A DNA stretch of 64,000 bases from the NCBI GenBank assembly GCA_963667505.2, contig OY763490.2:3312343-3376342 (forward strand), written 5' to 3'. The stretch's first letter is position 1. Each line of letters opens with the position of its first letter. Source of the DNA: Acidimicrobiales bacterium. GTDB taxonomy: Bacteria; Actinomycetota; Acidimicrobiia; Acidimicrobiales; Aldehydirespiratoraceae. Below, in pieces: positions 26,078-44,560 of the stretch. Under the pieces are notes generated by a model that worked only from the letters and a program-made list of their open reading frames with translations, did no database searches and was not told where the DNA came from. The position numbers and the translations under genes were made by a program.

Positions 26078-26116
26078 GGGTGTTCTCCTCTCGTTTGCGG
26101 ATCGTGCGTGCTCTGC

Positions 26117-26314
26117 TCACACGACGAGTGCGACGGTTACCAGCGCTCCCGTGAAGGCGGCCACCATCATCAGGGCGACCCTCATCATCGTCTTGGTCAG
26201 CTCCGCGATCTCCTTGTGGATCACGGCGATCAATCTGGACTCGAGCGCCTGCAAGTCCTTGGTGGTGGCCAGCGTGTCGGTAGGCACGGCTGGGTTGGGG
26301 GCATCTACGGCCAT
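26117..26314 (-). CDS. small tail-anchored coiled-coil protein (DUF1640-like pattern)
   Basis: 65 aa. TKDLQALESRL coiled segment followed by the C-terminal TM MMRVALMMVAAFTGALVTVALVV. Confidence 0.4.
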   Translation of the reverse strand: MAVDAPNPAVPTDTLATTKDLQALESRLIAVIHKEIAELTKTMMRVALMMVAAFTGALVTVALVV

Positions 26315-26433
26315 TGCATCAATCCTTCCATACCGGTTCCTTCACGGCCGATCGTAGCGTGGGATGATCGGGATGCAATGTAAAGAATGGAAATATCTTA
26401 GCCAGCAGTCAAACCAGCTGACACGGGCTGATC

Positions 26434-28164
26434 CTAGATGGTCGTCAGGGCTTGCTGAAGGGCGGTGCCGATCTTTAGGCATAGGGCGTCGGCGTGGGGT
26501 GGGGCGACGATCTGGATGGCGGCCGGGCGGGTCTCGTCGAGTGCGGTCGGCATCACGAGGGCGGGCTGGCCGGTGACGTTGAAGGGCAGGAGGGTGCGGG
26601 CCACCTTGTCGAGCCAGAGACGGTCGCCGTCGTCGAAGAAGGTGGCCGGGTCGGGTGCCGAGGTCGGCGTGGCTGCGGTGACGATCACGTCGGCCTGCTC
26701 GAAGGCCGCGTCGAGGTCCTGCTGGACGAGGCGGCGGACCCGCAAAGCCTTCAGGTAGTCCGCGGCGCCGGTGCGGGCGCCCGCGGCCAGCCGGCACGCC
26801 GCCGACGGCGTGAACTCGCCGATGCGGCCCAGGTTGCTCGCATGGTGGGCGGCGAACTCCACGACGGTGATCACCCAGGCGACGATGCCGGCCAGCTCCG
26901 CATGGGGGATCGACACCGTGATGACCTCGGCGCCTAGGCGCTCCAGCTCGCCGACGGCCGCCTCGACGGCTGCGGTCATGGCAGGACTGCACCCGTCAGC
27001 CAGCCAGCCGTCCACCACGCCCACTCGCAGTCCGTGCAGGCGGACCAGGCCATCGGGCGCCGGGGCGCGAGACTGCTTGGCACGGGCCGATCCCGCTCTG
27101 CTGGCCGCAGTCCCGGCGGCGCGGTAGTCGGGGACCGGTCGACTCGACGAATAGGGATCGGCGTCCGAGCGGCCCGCGATCACGCCCAGCACCAGGGCCA
27201 GGTCCTCGACGGTGCGAGCCATGGGCCCCACATGGTCGAGCGTCCAGGACACGCCGAAGACGCCGTCGCGGGGCACCCGGCCGAACGTTGGCTTGATCCC
27301 GCTCACGCCGCAGTACGACGACGGCACCCGGATCGACCCGCCGGTGTCGGTTCCCAGCGCCACCGGGAACAGCCCGGCGGCCAGGCCCGCAGCCGACCCC
27401 GACGAGCTTCCGCCCGCCCACCGGCCCGGCGCGGCCGGATTGACCACGCCGTCGCCGGTCTCGTCGCCGAAGGCGAACTCCGGGGTGGTGGTCTTGGCCA
27501 GGATCACCGCGCCCGCCTCCCGCAGCCGGGCCACCACGGCGGCGTCGGCGGACGGGACCCGGCCCGCGTGCAGCGGCGATCCGGCCTCGGTGGCCAGCCC
27601 CGCCGTGTCGATGATGTCCTTGATGCCGACGGGCACGCCCTCCAGCGGCCCCGCGTCACCGGCGCTCCACCGCCGGGCCGACCGGGCCGCCTGTTCTCGG
27701 GCCGTGCCATCGAGGCTCACAATCGCGCCGATCTCGCCGTCGAGTTCGTCGATCCGAGCCAGGCATGCATCCACCGCTTCGACCGGATCGAACCTCCCGG
27801 CCCGGTACCCGTCCAGCAGGGCCGCGGCGCTGAGAGCGGTGAGGTCGTCGTCGGCCCGCGCCGTCCTGCTCCCTGGCGAGAGATGGGACTCCTCGCTGGC
27901 CCCGACTGCGACCTCTGGTGCTCTACCGTCCGCGATCCAGCGGTAGCCAGCGGCCGGTCCGACGGTCTCGGGGAACGGCTCGTCCAGCGAGCGCAGCGCG
28001 GCCAGCTTGTTGCCTAGCGTGGCCTGCGCGGCCGCCGCGGCGGCCAGAATCCCTTCAGGGATCGCGACCGCTCCGTCGGTCACTGTCCAGTCGCTGGCCA
28101 CGGCCGAAACGTAACCGAGCCGCACTCGATGCGCCGCAAGGCGGCACTCCGCCGAGCGCGCCAC
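26434..28164 (-). CDS. amidase (amidase-signature family) with a possible ~100-aa N-terminal extension
   Basis: GGSSSGSAAGLAAG signature and GIKPTFGRV. The start is uncertain. The canonical amidase core begins near LTALSAAALLDGYRAG. Confidence 0.8.
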   Translation of the reverse strand: MARSAECRLAAHRVRLGYVSAVASDWTVTDGAVAIPEGILAAAAAAQATLGNKLAALRSLDEPFPETVGPAAGYRWIADGRAPEVAVGASEESHLSPGSRTARADDDLTALSAAALLDGYRAGRFDPVEAVDACLARIDELDGEIGAIVSLDGTAREQAARSARRWSAGDAGPLEGVPVGIKDIIDTAGLATEAGSPLHAGRVPSADAAVVARLREAGAVILAKTTTPEFAFGDETGDGVVNPAAPGRWAGGSSSGSAAGLAAGLFPVALGTDTGGSIRVPSSYCGVSGIKPTFGRVPRDGVFGVSWTLDHVGPMARTVEDLALVLGVIAGRSDADPYSSSRPVPDYRAAGTAASRAGSARAKQSRAPAPDGLVRLHGLRVGVVDGWLADGCSPAMTAAVEAAVGELERLGAEVITVSIPHAELAGIVAWVITVVEFAAHHASNLGRIGEFTPSAACRLAAGARTGAADYLKALRVRRLVQQDLDAAFEQADVIVTAATPTSAPDPATFFDDGDRLWLDKVARTLLPFNVTGQPALVMPTALDETRPAAIQIVAPPHADALCLKIGTALQQALTTI

Positions 28165-28184
28165 GTTGAGGACTGCCTTGTGAG

Positions 28185-28577
28185 TCAGTCCGGTAGTTCG
28201 ACTTCGCAGCGGATGCCGTCTGCCCGTGCCAGTCGCTGGTCATAGGTCAGCAGCGTGGCGCCTATCGTCTCAGCGAGGGCTACATAGGCCGCGTCGTACA
28301 CGGTGAGGTTGTCGCGCAGCTCCCAGCAGCGTGCCAGCAGCGGTTCATGAGGAACGCGAGTGACGGGCAGCACAGCCAGGTGCCGCAACCCGCTGCGAGC
28401 GAGCGGCTCCGCCAGTTCCCCCCGCCGAACGAGCCCCCTCAGTGCCGAAGTCACTTCGAGGTCGAGCACATGCGGCGCCAGCGCGGCCTCCTTCGTGATG
28501 CGGCGCAGCACCTTGAGGTTCCGCTCGCTCGATCCAGCCACCGCCTCCGTGGCCACGCTGGCGTCGACGACAATCAA
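28185..28577 (-). CDS. vapC: PIN-domain toxin VapC
   Basis: MIVVDASV N-terminus, 130 aa, with a 4-nt overlap with the upstream antitoxin gene. Confidence 0.8.
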   Translation of the reverse strand: MIVVDASVATEAVAGSSERNLKVLRRITKEAALAPHVLDLEVTSALRGLVRRGELAEPLARSGLRHLAVLPVTRVPHEPLLARCWELRDNLTVYDAAYVALAETIGATLLTYDQRLARADGIRCEVELPD

Positions 28578-28816
28578 TGCGACTCGCGATCGGCCCGAAT
28601 GATCTCCACGATCATGCTCGAATCCAAGTGCGTCTCACCATGAGAAAGAGCCTCTACCCGCTTGCGAGCGAGCATCTCCTCGGCGCTGGCGAGATCCGCC
28701 TGTCGACAGATCGCGTCAAGCATGTACTGTTGCAACGACTGGCTGGCCGCGGCAGCCCGGATCCTGAGCTTGCGATGGACGTCCTCGGGCACGTGTTTGA
28801 TCTGGATGGTGGCCAT
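28574..28816 (-). CDS. vapB: antitoxin VapB (FitA/Arc-like ribbon-helix-helix)
   Basis: MATIQIKHVPEDVHRKLRIRAA N-terminus typical of FitA-like antitoxins. 80 aa. Confidence 0.75.
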   Translation of the reverse strand: MATIQIKHVPEDVHRKLRIRAAAASQSLQQYMLDAICRQADLASAEEMLARKRVEALSHGETHLDSSMIVEIIRADRESH

Positions 28817-28891
28817 TCAAGCACTGTAGCGCCAAAGCAGCGCCAACAGCGCTAGATCAGAGCTAGTTCGGGTCACCTCAGGTGGTGGTGG

Positions 28892-29602
28892 TCATCGCCC
28901 CCCATCCTCGTAGGCGACCGCAGCGGCGAAGCGCTCTGTGCCGATGTTGTGGAGCCTCCAAGTGACATCGGGCACCTCAGCGAACCGGAAGGAGCCGCTC
29001 GCAGCGCCTTGGCGCATGGTCTGGGGGATCTCGAAGCTGGCGACGTCCATTGAGAGGCCTGTTCCTAGGGCCTTGCTGAGGGCTTCCTTCATCGTCCACA
29101 GGTCGAGGAACAGACGGAGCTTGCGGCTTCCGCCGGCCGCGGCCATGTCGGCTCGTTCATCAGGGCCGAAGACCGCCTCGACCAGCGTGTCGAGGTTGCG
29201 CTGCGGGACCCGCTCCTCGACATCGACGCCCACCCGGCCGCGGGAGGCCAGCGCGATCAGGCCGTGCTGGCCGCTGTGGCTGACGTTGAAGCCGATGGGT
29301 GCCCGGAGTCTGTTGACGGTGGCGAAGGGCTTCCCGTGCTCGGCCGTGTCGAATGCGAGCTTGCGGTTGGCGCAGCCCAGAGAATCACAGAGCAGCGAGC
29401 GCAGAGACGCCCGGCACAGGACGTACCGGCGTCTGGCACCAGTGTGCTGGAAGCGGTGCGCTCTACGCCGCTCCTCGGCGTCCAGCCATGCCCAAGCCGC
29501 CCTCTCGTTGGCTTCGTGGCGCACCAAGTCGACATGCACGACAGTGACGCCGTCGAACTGCGTGAACGGCTGCCACCAGTCGCCGACGAGGCCGAGCGCC
29601 AC
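28892..29602 (-). CDS. 4'-phosphopantetheinyl transferase (Sfp type)
   Basis: FNVSHSG, GVDVE and WTMKEALSKALGTG motifs. Confidence 0.8.
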   Translation of the reverse strand: MALGLVGDWWQPFTQFDGVTVVHVDLVRHEANERAAWAWLDAEERRRAHRFQHTGARRRYVLCRASLRSLLCDSLGCANRKLAFDTAEHGKPFATVNRLRAPIGFNVSHSGQHGLIALASRGRVGVDVEERVPQRNLDTLVEAVFGPDERADMAAAGGSRKLRLFLDLWTMKEALSKALGTGLSMDVASFEIPQTMRQGAASGSFRFAEVPDVTWRLHNIGTERFAAAVAYEDGGR

Positions 29603-29685
29603 GGCGGCGGGCCTCTATGGGGCTCCCGGGACTAGGCGACCCGGGGCGTTGCGACGGGATCCGCCCGATTGTCTCAGCCGGGCGG

Positions 29686-29928
29686 TCAGGTGCGGGCGTC
29701 GAGGTAAGCGACCAGATCGCTCGGCGTCAGCAACTCGCCGAACTCCTCGGCTGAGATGTCGATGCCGAACTCCTCGCACACGAGCTTCCAGAACGCCACG
29801 ACATCGGTGGAACTGACTCCCGAATCGACGATGCTGCGATCGTGGTTCAGCGGCTCACCCGGCTCCCTGCCCTCGATATGCAGGTTGTCGTCGATCAGAG
29901 TTCGAATGCGGTCCTCGGTGTTGGACAT
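29686..29928 (-). CDS. free-standing acyl/peptidyl carrier protein
   Basis: 80 aa with four-helix-type spacing. The candidate Ppant serine lies in VDSGVSSTDVV. Confidence 0.7.
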   Translation of the reverse strand: MSNTEDRIRTLIDDNLHIEGREPGEPLNHDRSIVDSGVSSTDVVAFWKLVCEEFGIDISAEEFGELLTPSDLVAYLDART

Positions 29929-30001
29929 ATGATGTAATATCCTTCCTTGTCATGCCTCTGTGAGCATGGCTAATGATGGTTATCACGTAGCCGGTGCAAC
30001 G

Positions 30002-30985
30002 TCAAGCTGCGAGCGTACTCCGTATCAGCCTTCGGTCGCGGTCGCTGAAGTAGGCACACTCCGCGAGGAGGTCGCCGTCCTTCGCTCCGGCTTCGGCGAT
30101 CTCGATGTGCTGGCGGGTGGCCGCCTTGTAGGGGAAGATTCCCTTGGCGTACTGCTTGGCGGGGAACTCCAGGGCCTGCGCCCGGTTCAGGTCGTAGCGC
30201 GAAGCCGCATCGATGAAACGCAGCACGTACGCGGCGCGATGCGAGAGCTCTCCCTCGCCGAGCATGACGCTCCGGTGGGCGACCGTCTTGTTGAACAGGA
30301 GCACATCGCCGGGATCGAAGTCGTCCTCCACCTGGTGCACCTCGAGAAGCTCATCCATCAAGGGGGAGTTCAGGATCCCCTCTCTGAGGCCGCTGTAGTC
30401 CACAAGACTCGTCCTGGTCCCGGACCGTTCTCTGGCCTTGAGCACCTCGACGACCGCCAAGTCCGCCGAGTAGACGAACTCGCCCGGCAGCACATGCTGA
30501 GGAACGTAGGCCATGCCGCCGCGCTGTCCGCTGGCATCTATGGGCTGCAGCGGCGCCCACAGCGTGCATCCGAAGTCCTCGGCGAACTGGAAGCCGAAGC
30601 TCTGCACGCCGACATGCCACGGAAACCCCTTGTTGACGTTCTTCTCGACCTCGAAGGACAACTCGAAGGTGAGAAAGAGGTCGTGGCCTGCCAAGCCGGT
30701 CAGAGCCTGCCGGAAATAGGGGCGCTCCAACAGCTCGAAAAGGTCGGTCTTGGCGGCCTCGAAGTCGTACTGCACCTTGCTGAACAGGGCGTTCTTGCCG
30801 CTGTAGGAGTTGGCGGCGCTGCGGTTCAACTCGATATCGGTGCGATTGAGCAGCATGCCGACCACGCTGGCATTCAGGAATCCCTCGAGCTTGACGAAAC
30901 CGTCGCGCTGGAATTGCTCCTTCTGCTCGTCGGTGACGACGAACTCGTTGTCGAAGGGATGGCCGGTCACGATGGGCTCAGGCAA
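30002..30985 (-). CDS. PhyH-family Fe(II)/2OG oxygenase with HxG at the first iron-ligand motif (candidate halogenase)
   Basis: N-terminal TDEQKEQFQRDGFV PhyH pattern. WHVG (His124, Gly126; nt 30608-30616) sits where PhyH hydroxylases have WHxD. Distal His in NKTVAHRS and Arg in RAAYVLRF. TTG 30985 or GTG 30970 start. Confidence 0.6.
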   Translation of the reverse strand: MPEPIVTGHPFDNEFVVTDEQKEQFQRDGFVKLEGFLNASVVGMLLNRTDIELNRSAANSYSGKNALFSKVQYDFEAAKTDLFELLERPYFRQALTGLAGHDLFLTFELSFEVEKNVNKGFPWHVGVQSFGFQFAEDFGCTLWAPLQPIDASGQRGGMAYVPQHVLPGEFVYSADLAVVEVLKARERSGTRTSLVDYSGLREGILNSPLMDELLEVHQVEDDFDPGDVLLFNKTVAHRSVMLGEGELSHRAAYVLRFIDAASRYDLNRAQALEFPAKQYAKGIFPYKAATRQHIEIAEAGAKDGDLLAECAYFSDRDRRLIRSTLAA

Positions 30986-31880
30986 GTCCGGCTGGCGCCA
31001 GGAAGCCGCGCATGGCCTCCACGCACTTGGCGGGCTGCTCCAACTGGAGGAAATGAGTGGCGTCGGGCAGGAAGTCGTAGTCCACGGTCAACATGTCGCT
31101 CAGGTCCAGAGTCGGCAGGTAGGAGTACGGCAGCGTCGGGTCGGCGCCGATCACCTTCGTGGGGCACTGCAGGGCCGAGAAGTCGACCAGCACCGCGAAG
31201 AGCCGCGCGTGGGCGATGATCTGCGCTTCATGCTCCCGCGGGCATCTCAGCTCGAAGCCGGAGCCGTCCTCGGACTCGCGCAAGGTCGTCGTCGCCATCA
31301 GGTCGATCACACCGGGCACGGTGTGCTTGAACGTGGGCATGAAGCCGAGCAGTTCCATGTAGTCCTCTCTGGTCTTGAAGCTCGGCGCTCGTCGGCTTGC
31401 CGCCTTGGCTGTCCGTTCGGCTGCCTCGTCGAACTCGTTCCTGGTCGCGCCCGGTTTGCGCAGGGGAGGATCGAACAGGATGAGGGCCGAGAGCCGGCTG
31501 CCGTTGGTGGGGGACAGCAGCGGCGCAAAGGACGAGACGGAGTGGAACACCCCGACCTGCGGCTTGGCGCCGTAGTGGCGGTCGATCTCGTCGAGGATGC
31601 GGTCGTGGTCGCTGACGAAGGTCGGCACGCTGTGGTTCGAGAGGGGACCGACGGCATTCCAGCCGTGGCTTCTCAGGTCGTAGACGACAAGGTCGAAGTC
31701 CTCGGTCAGCAGTGACCAGAACGGGTAGTAGAGATCAATCGACAGGCCGTTGCCGTGGCTGAGAATGAGCCGGGTGCCTTGGGGGTTGCCGTGGCGGCGC
31801 AGCACAATGGTCGTGTCCTCGTCCACCCGCACCTCGTGGGCGGACCGCGGCTCAGGGATGGCCCAGACAGGGTCTGACAT
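30978..31880 (-). CDS. alpha/beta hydrolase fold protein, paralogue A
   Basis: SHGNGLS oxyanion region, GVFHSVSS elbow, DATHFLQLE His region. Start at ATG 31880 chosen by alignment with paralogue B (track alternative 31976). Confidence 0.7.
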   Translation of the reverse strand: MSDPVWAIPEPRSAHEVRVDEDTTIVLRRHGNPQGTRLILSHGNGLSIDLYYPFWSLLTEDFDLVVYDLRSHGWNAVGPLSNHSVPTFVSDHDRILDEIDRHYGAKPQVGVFHSVSSFAPLLSPTNGSRLSALILFDPPLRKPGATRNEFDEAAERTAKAASRRAPSFKTREDYMELLGFMPTFKHTVPGVIDLMATTTLRESEDGSGFELRCPREHEAQIIAHARLFAVLVDFSALQCPTKVIGADPTLPYSYLPTLDLSDMLTVDYDFLPDATHFLQLEQPAKCVEAMRGFLAPAGLA

Positions 31881-32012
31881 GATGAGGCCGAAAGATTCGA
31901 TCCTGCGCCGAAGCCATGCTTGAGAGGCCCCTTCGTTGTCGGACGGTTCTTGGGGAGGCCGCGACCCTACTTCCAAGCCGTCCGAACTACTCGCACGGTT
32001 GCCTCAGCGCGT

Positions 32013-41774
<9,762 letters not shown>

Positions 41775-41841
41775 CGGTGAACCCCCCGCCTCGCGCGCAG
41801 ATGGTAGTGGCCGAGGGTCGAGCCGAATCAGGCGTCCCGGG

Positions 41842-43590
41842 CTAGCTCGTCGACCTGACTTGCACGGTGACGATGTCGAGCCCGTGGAACTTCTGATGGT
41901 GCACCGACGAGGCGTAGTGGCGCAGCAGCTGCAGGGAGATCTCGCCGCCCTCGACGCCCTGGGCGCCCTGGGCCTCCTCGCTCAGGTACGCCAGCCGGTC
42001 CTCGAGGTTCTCGTCGTCGAACACGGCCAGGAACTCCAGCTCGATCACTGGTCCGCTGGGGCGGGCCTCGATGATCAAGCGGGGCGCCTTGTCGGCTCGC
42101 CCGTCGCTGCTCTGCTGGAGGCTGATCAGCGTCTCCTCCGCGGCGGCGTGCAGCCGCTGTGCCGAGGCGTCGTCCCAGCCCGCGGCGGCGGCCACCGGAT
42201 CGAGGAACTCGACGATGTCGGGCACAGAAGCCAGGTCCAGCCCGACCTCGAGCCGCCTCCGGCCGCGCGGGCCGGTCAGGTTCAGGAACACCGTCATCGC
42301 CACCGCGGCGACCGCGCCGGCCAGCAGCCCGTTGTCCAGAAGCTTGCCCCAGGTGCCCCCCAGCGTGTCGGCGATGATGGTCTGCTGGTCGAGGCCGGCC
42401 CCGAACGCGAACGCCAGTCCGGCCACCAGCGCCTTCTGGCCGTCGAGCCCGTCCTGCACGACCGACCGCACCCCGCCCATGAAGATCAGCGCGATGGCGG
42501 TGAGCACGTAGGCCGCCATCACCGGGCTGGGAATGGTCAGCAGGACGGCGGTCGCCTTGGGGAGAAACGCCAGCGCGGCCAGGGCCCCGCCGATCACCCA
42601 CCCGGCGCGCCGGGACGCCACCCCGGTGAGGCTCGTGAGCGACACGCTCGTGGACGAGTAGACGGTGGTGGGCGGCGCCCCGGCGAGGCCGGAGAACAGG
42701 ATGCCGAGCCCGTTGGTGTTCAGGGAGCCCTGCACGACCCGGAAGTCGGTGGCCCTCGGCCTGCGCCGGCAGGCCTGCTGCACGGCCACGCAGTCGCCCA
42801 TGTTCTTGACGCCGCCCACCAGGGTGACCACCACGAAGGCGGGCAGCAGGGTCCAGAAGCCGATGCCAGGCGTCAGGTCGATCCCCGGAAATCCAGCGTC
42901 GGGAATTCCGGCCCAGGGGGCGTCGGCCACCGGTGAGGCGTCGTAGGTGCCGAGCGGGATCGAGACGGCGCAGCCCGCGGCCAGGCCGACCACCGGTGAC
43001 CAGAGGCGCCAGGCGCCGGTGGCTCGAAATGCCATCGCCGCGGTGACGGCCAGCGTGACCAGGGTGATGGCGGGGCCGGCCGCGTCGGGCGCGCCCTCGG
43101 GCACCTCCTGGACCCTGTCGAACGCGACCGGCAGGATCGTGACCGCGATCAGCATGAGGACCGTGCCCGACACCACCGGCGTGATCACCCTGCGCAGCAG
43201 CGGCAGCCACAGCGCCAGCGCCACGTAGAACAGCGCCGCCGCGGCGGTGAGGCTGGCCAGCAGGGGCGGCCCTCCCTCGTTGAGGGCCAGCACCGAGACG
43301 GCCACGAAGTTGGGGGTGGTGCCCATGATCAGGATGTGGCCCGCGCCGAACCGCCACCACCTGGTCGCCTGGAGCGCGGTCAGGGTTCCGGCGATCACCA
43401 GCGAGGCGAAGACGGCCCATTGGAGGTAGCGGTCGTCCTGGCCGCCGGCTCGTGCGGTGACGGCCACGATCAGCACCAGCGGCGCCAGCGCGAGGACCGC
43501 GCCCTGCAGGCCCACCGCGGCCAGCACCGGCGCCGGGCACGGCTCGTCGGGCTCGAAGCGGATCGAGTCGTTGGTGCCCGGAGCGCTCAC
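41842..43590 (-). CDS. NCS2-like (xanthine/uracil permease family) transporter with a C-terminal ~143-aa soluble domain, paralogue T1
   Basis: ITPVVSGTVLMLIAVTILP and TGVASRRAGWVIGGALAALAFLPK...IPSPVMAAY follow NCS2 signatures. Soluble tail at 41845-42273. Confidence 0.65.
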   Translation of the reverse strand: MSAPGTNDSIRFEPDEPCPAPVLAAVGLQGAVLALAPLVLIVAVTARAGGQDDRYLQWAVFASLVIAGTLTALQATRWWRFGAGHILIMGTTPNFVAVSVLALNEGGPPLLASLTAAAALFYVALALWLPLLRRVITPVVSGTVLMLIAVTILPVAFDRVQEVPEGAPDAAGPAITLVTLAVTAAMAFRATGAWRLWSPVVGLAAGCAVSIPLGTYDASPVADAPWAGIPDAGFPGIDLTPGIGFWTLLPAFVVVTLVGGVKNMGDCVAVQQACRRRPRATDFRVVQGSLNTNGLGILFSGLAGAPPTTVYSSTSVSLTSLTGVASRRAGWVIGGALAALAFLPKATAVLLTIPSPVMAAYVLTAIALIFMGGVRSVVQDGLDGQKALVAGLAFAFGAGLDQQTIIADTLGGTWGKLLDNGLLAGAVAAVAMTVFLNLTGPRGRRRLEVGLDLASVPDIVEFLDPVAAAAGWDDASAQRLHAAAEETLISLQQSSDGRADKAPRLIIEARPSGPVIELEFLAVFDDENLEDRLAYLSEEAQGAQGVEGGEISLQLLRHYASSVHHQKFHGLDIVTVQVRSTS

Positions 43591-43609
43591 AGCGGCACGG
43601 TCTCCGTGC

Positions 43610-44542
43610 TCAGGCCAGACCGACCGACGCCAGGAAGCCGCGCAGCGCGGCGGCGCAGTCCGCGGGCTTCTCGAGCTGGAGGAAGTGGGTGGTGTCGGGC
43701 AGGAAGTCGTAGTCCACGGTCACCATCTCTCGCAGGTCCAACGGCGGCAGGTACGTGTAGGGCATGACCGGGTCGCCTCCGATGACCTTGGTGGGGCAGC
43801 GGAGGGCCTCGAAGTCGACCAGCACTGCGAAGATGCGGGCGTAGGCGATGATCTGGGCCTCATGCTCGCGGGGGCACCGTAGTTCGTAGCCGTAGCCGTC
43901 GGCGCTCTCCCGCAGCGTGGTCCGGGCCATCAACTCGTACATGCCGGCGACGGCGTGCTCGAACTTCGCCAGCGAGCGGAGACGGTCGGCGAAGTGCTCC
44001 CTGGTGGCGAACCGGAAGGAGCGGCGCTGGGCGATCTTGGCGGCCCGGTCGGCGGCGTCGTCGAAGGGGGTGCGGTCCGCGCCGGGCTTGCGCATCAGCG
44101 GGTCGAACAGGACGAGCGCGTCGAACCGGCTGCCCTCGGTGGGCGACAGCAGCGGCGCCAGCGCCGAGACCGAGTGGAACACGCCCGCCTGGGGCTTGGG
44201 GCCGTAGCGGCGGTCGATGGCGTCGAGGATGCGCTCGTGGTCATTGACGAGGTCGGGCACGGTGTGGCCCGCCAGCGGGCCGACCGGGTTCCAGCCGTGG
44301 CTCCGCAGGTCGTAGACGACGATGTCGAAGGTGTCGGTCAGCCGCGCCCAGAACGGGTAGTACAGGTCGACCGACAGTCCCACCCCGTGCGACACCACCA
44401 GCCGGGTGCCCAGCGGGTTGCCGTGCCGGCGCAGGACGATGGAGGCGCCCCCGTCCGCCTCGACCCTGCAGATCGACAGCGGCTCAGGAACAGGCCACGC
44501 CACCCCCGATCCCACCGGCCCAACCGTACCGGGCGCCGACAC
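43610..44542 (-). CDS. alpha/beta hydrolase fold protein, paralogue B
   Basis: Alignable end to end with 30978..31880. Shared blocks: IVLRRHGNP.GTRL, DLRSHGWN, GVFHSVS, LRCPREHEAQIIA, CPTKVIG, VDYDFLPD.THFLQLE. Confidence 0.7.
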   Translation of the reverse strand: MSAPGTVGPVGSGVAWPVPEPLSICRVEADGGASIVLRRHGNPLGTRLVVSHGVGLSVDLYYPFWARLTDTFDIVVYDLRSHGWNPVGPLAGHTVPDLVNDHERILDAIDRRYGPKPQAGVFHSVSALAPLLSPTEGSRFDALVLFDPLMRKPGADRTPFDDAADRAAKIAQRRSFRFATREHFADRLRSLAKFEHAVAGMYELMARTTLRESADGYGYELRCPREHEAQIIAYARIFAVLVDFEALRCPTKVIGGDPVMPYTYLPPLDLREMVTVDYDFLPDTTHFLQLEKPADCAAALRGFLASVGLA

Positions 44543-44560
44543 GGCTCCCGAGAGGGCCGG

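Noticed and set aside
26434-28164. The amidase N-terminal ~100 aa as a separate domain or a novel fusion.
   Set aside because: This cannot be distinguished from an over-long ORF call. The region has no recognisable motif, and internal GTG starts closer to the amidase core may exist.
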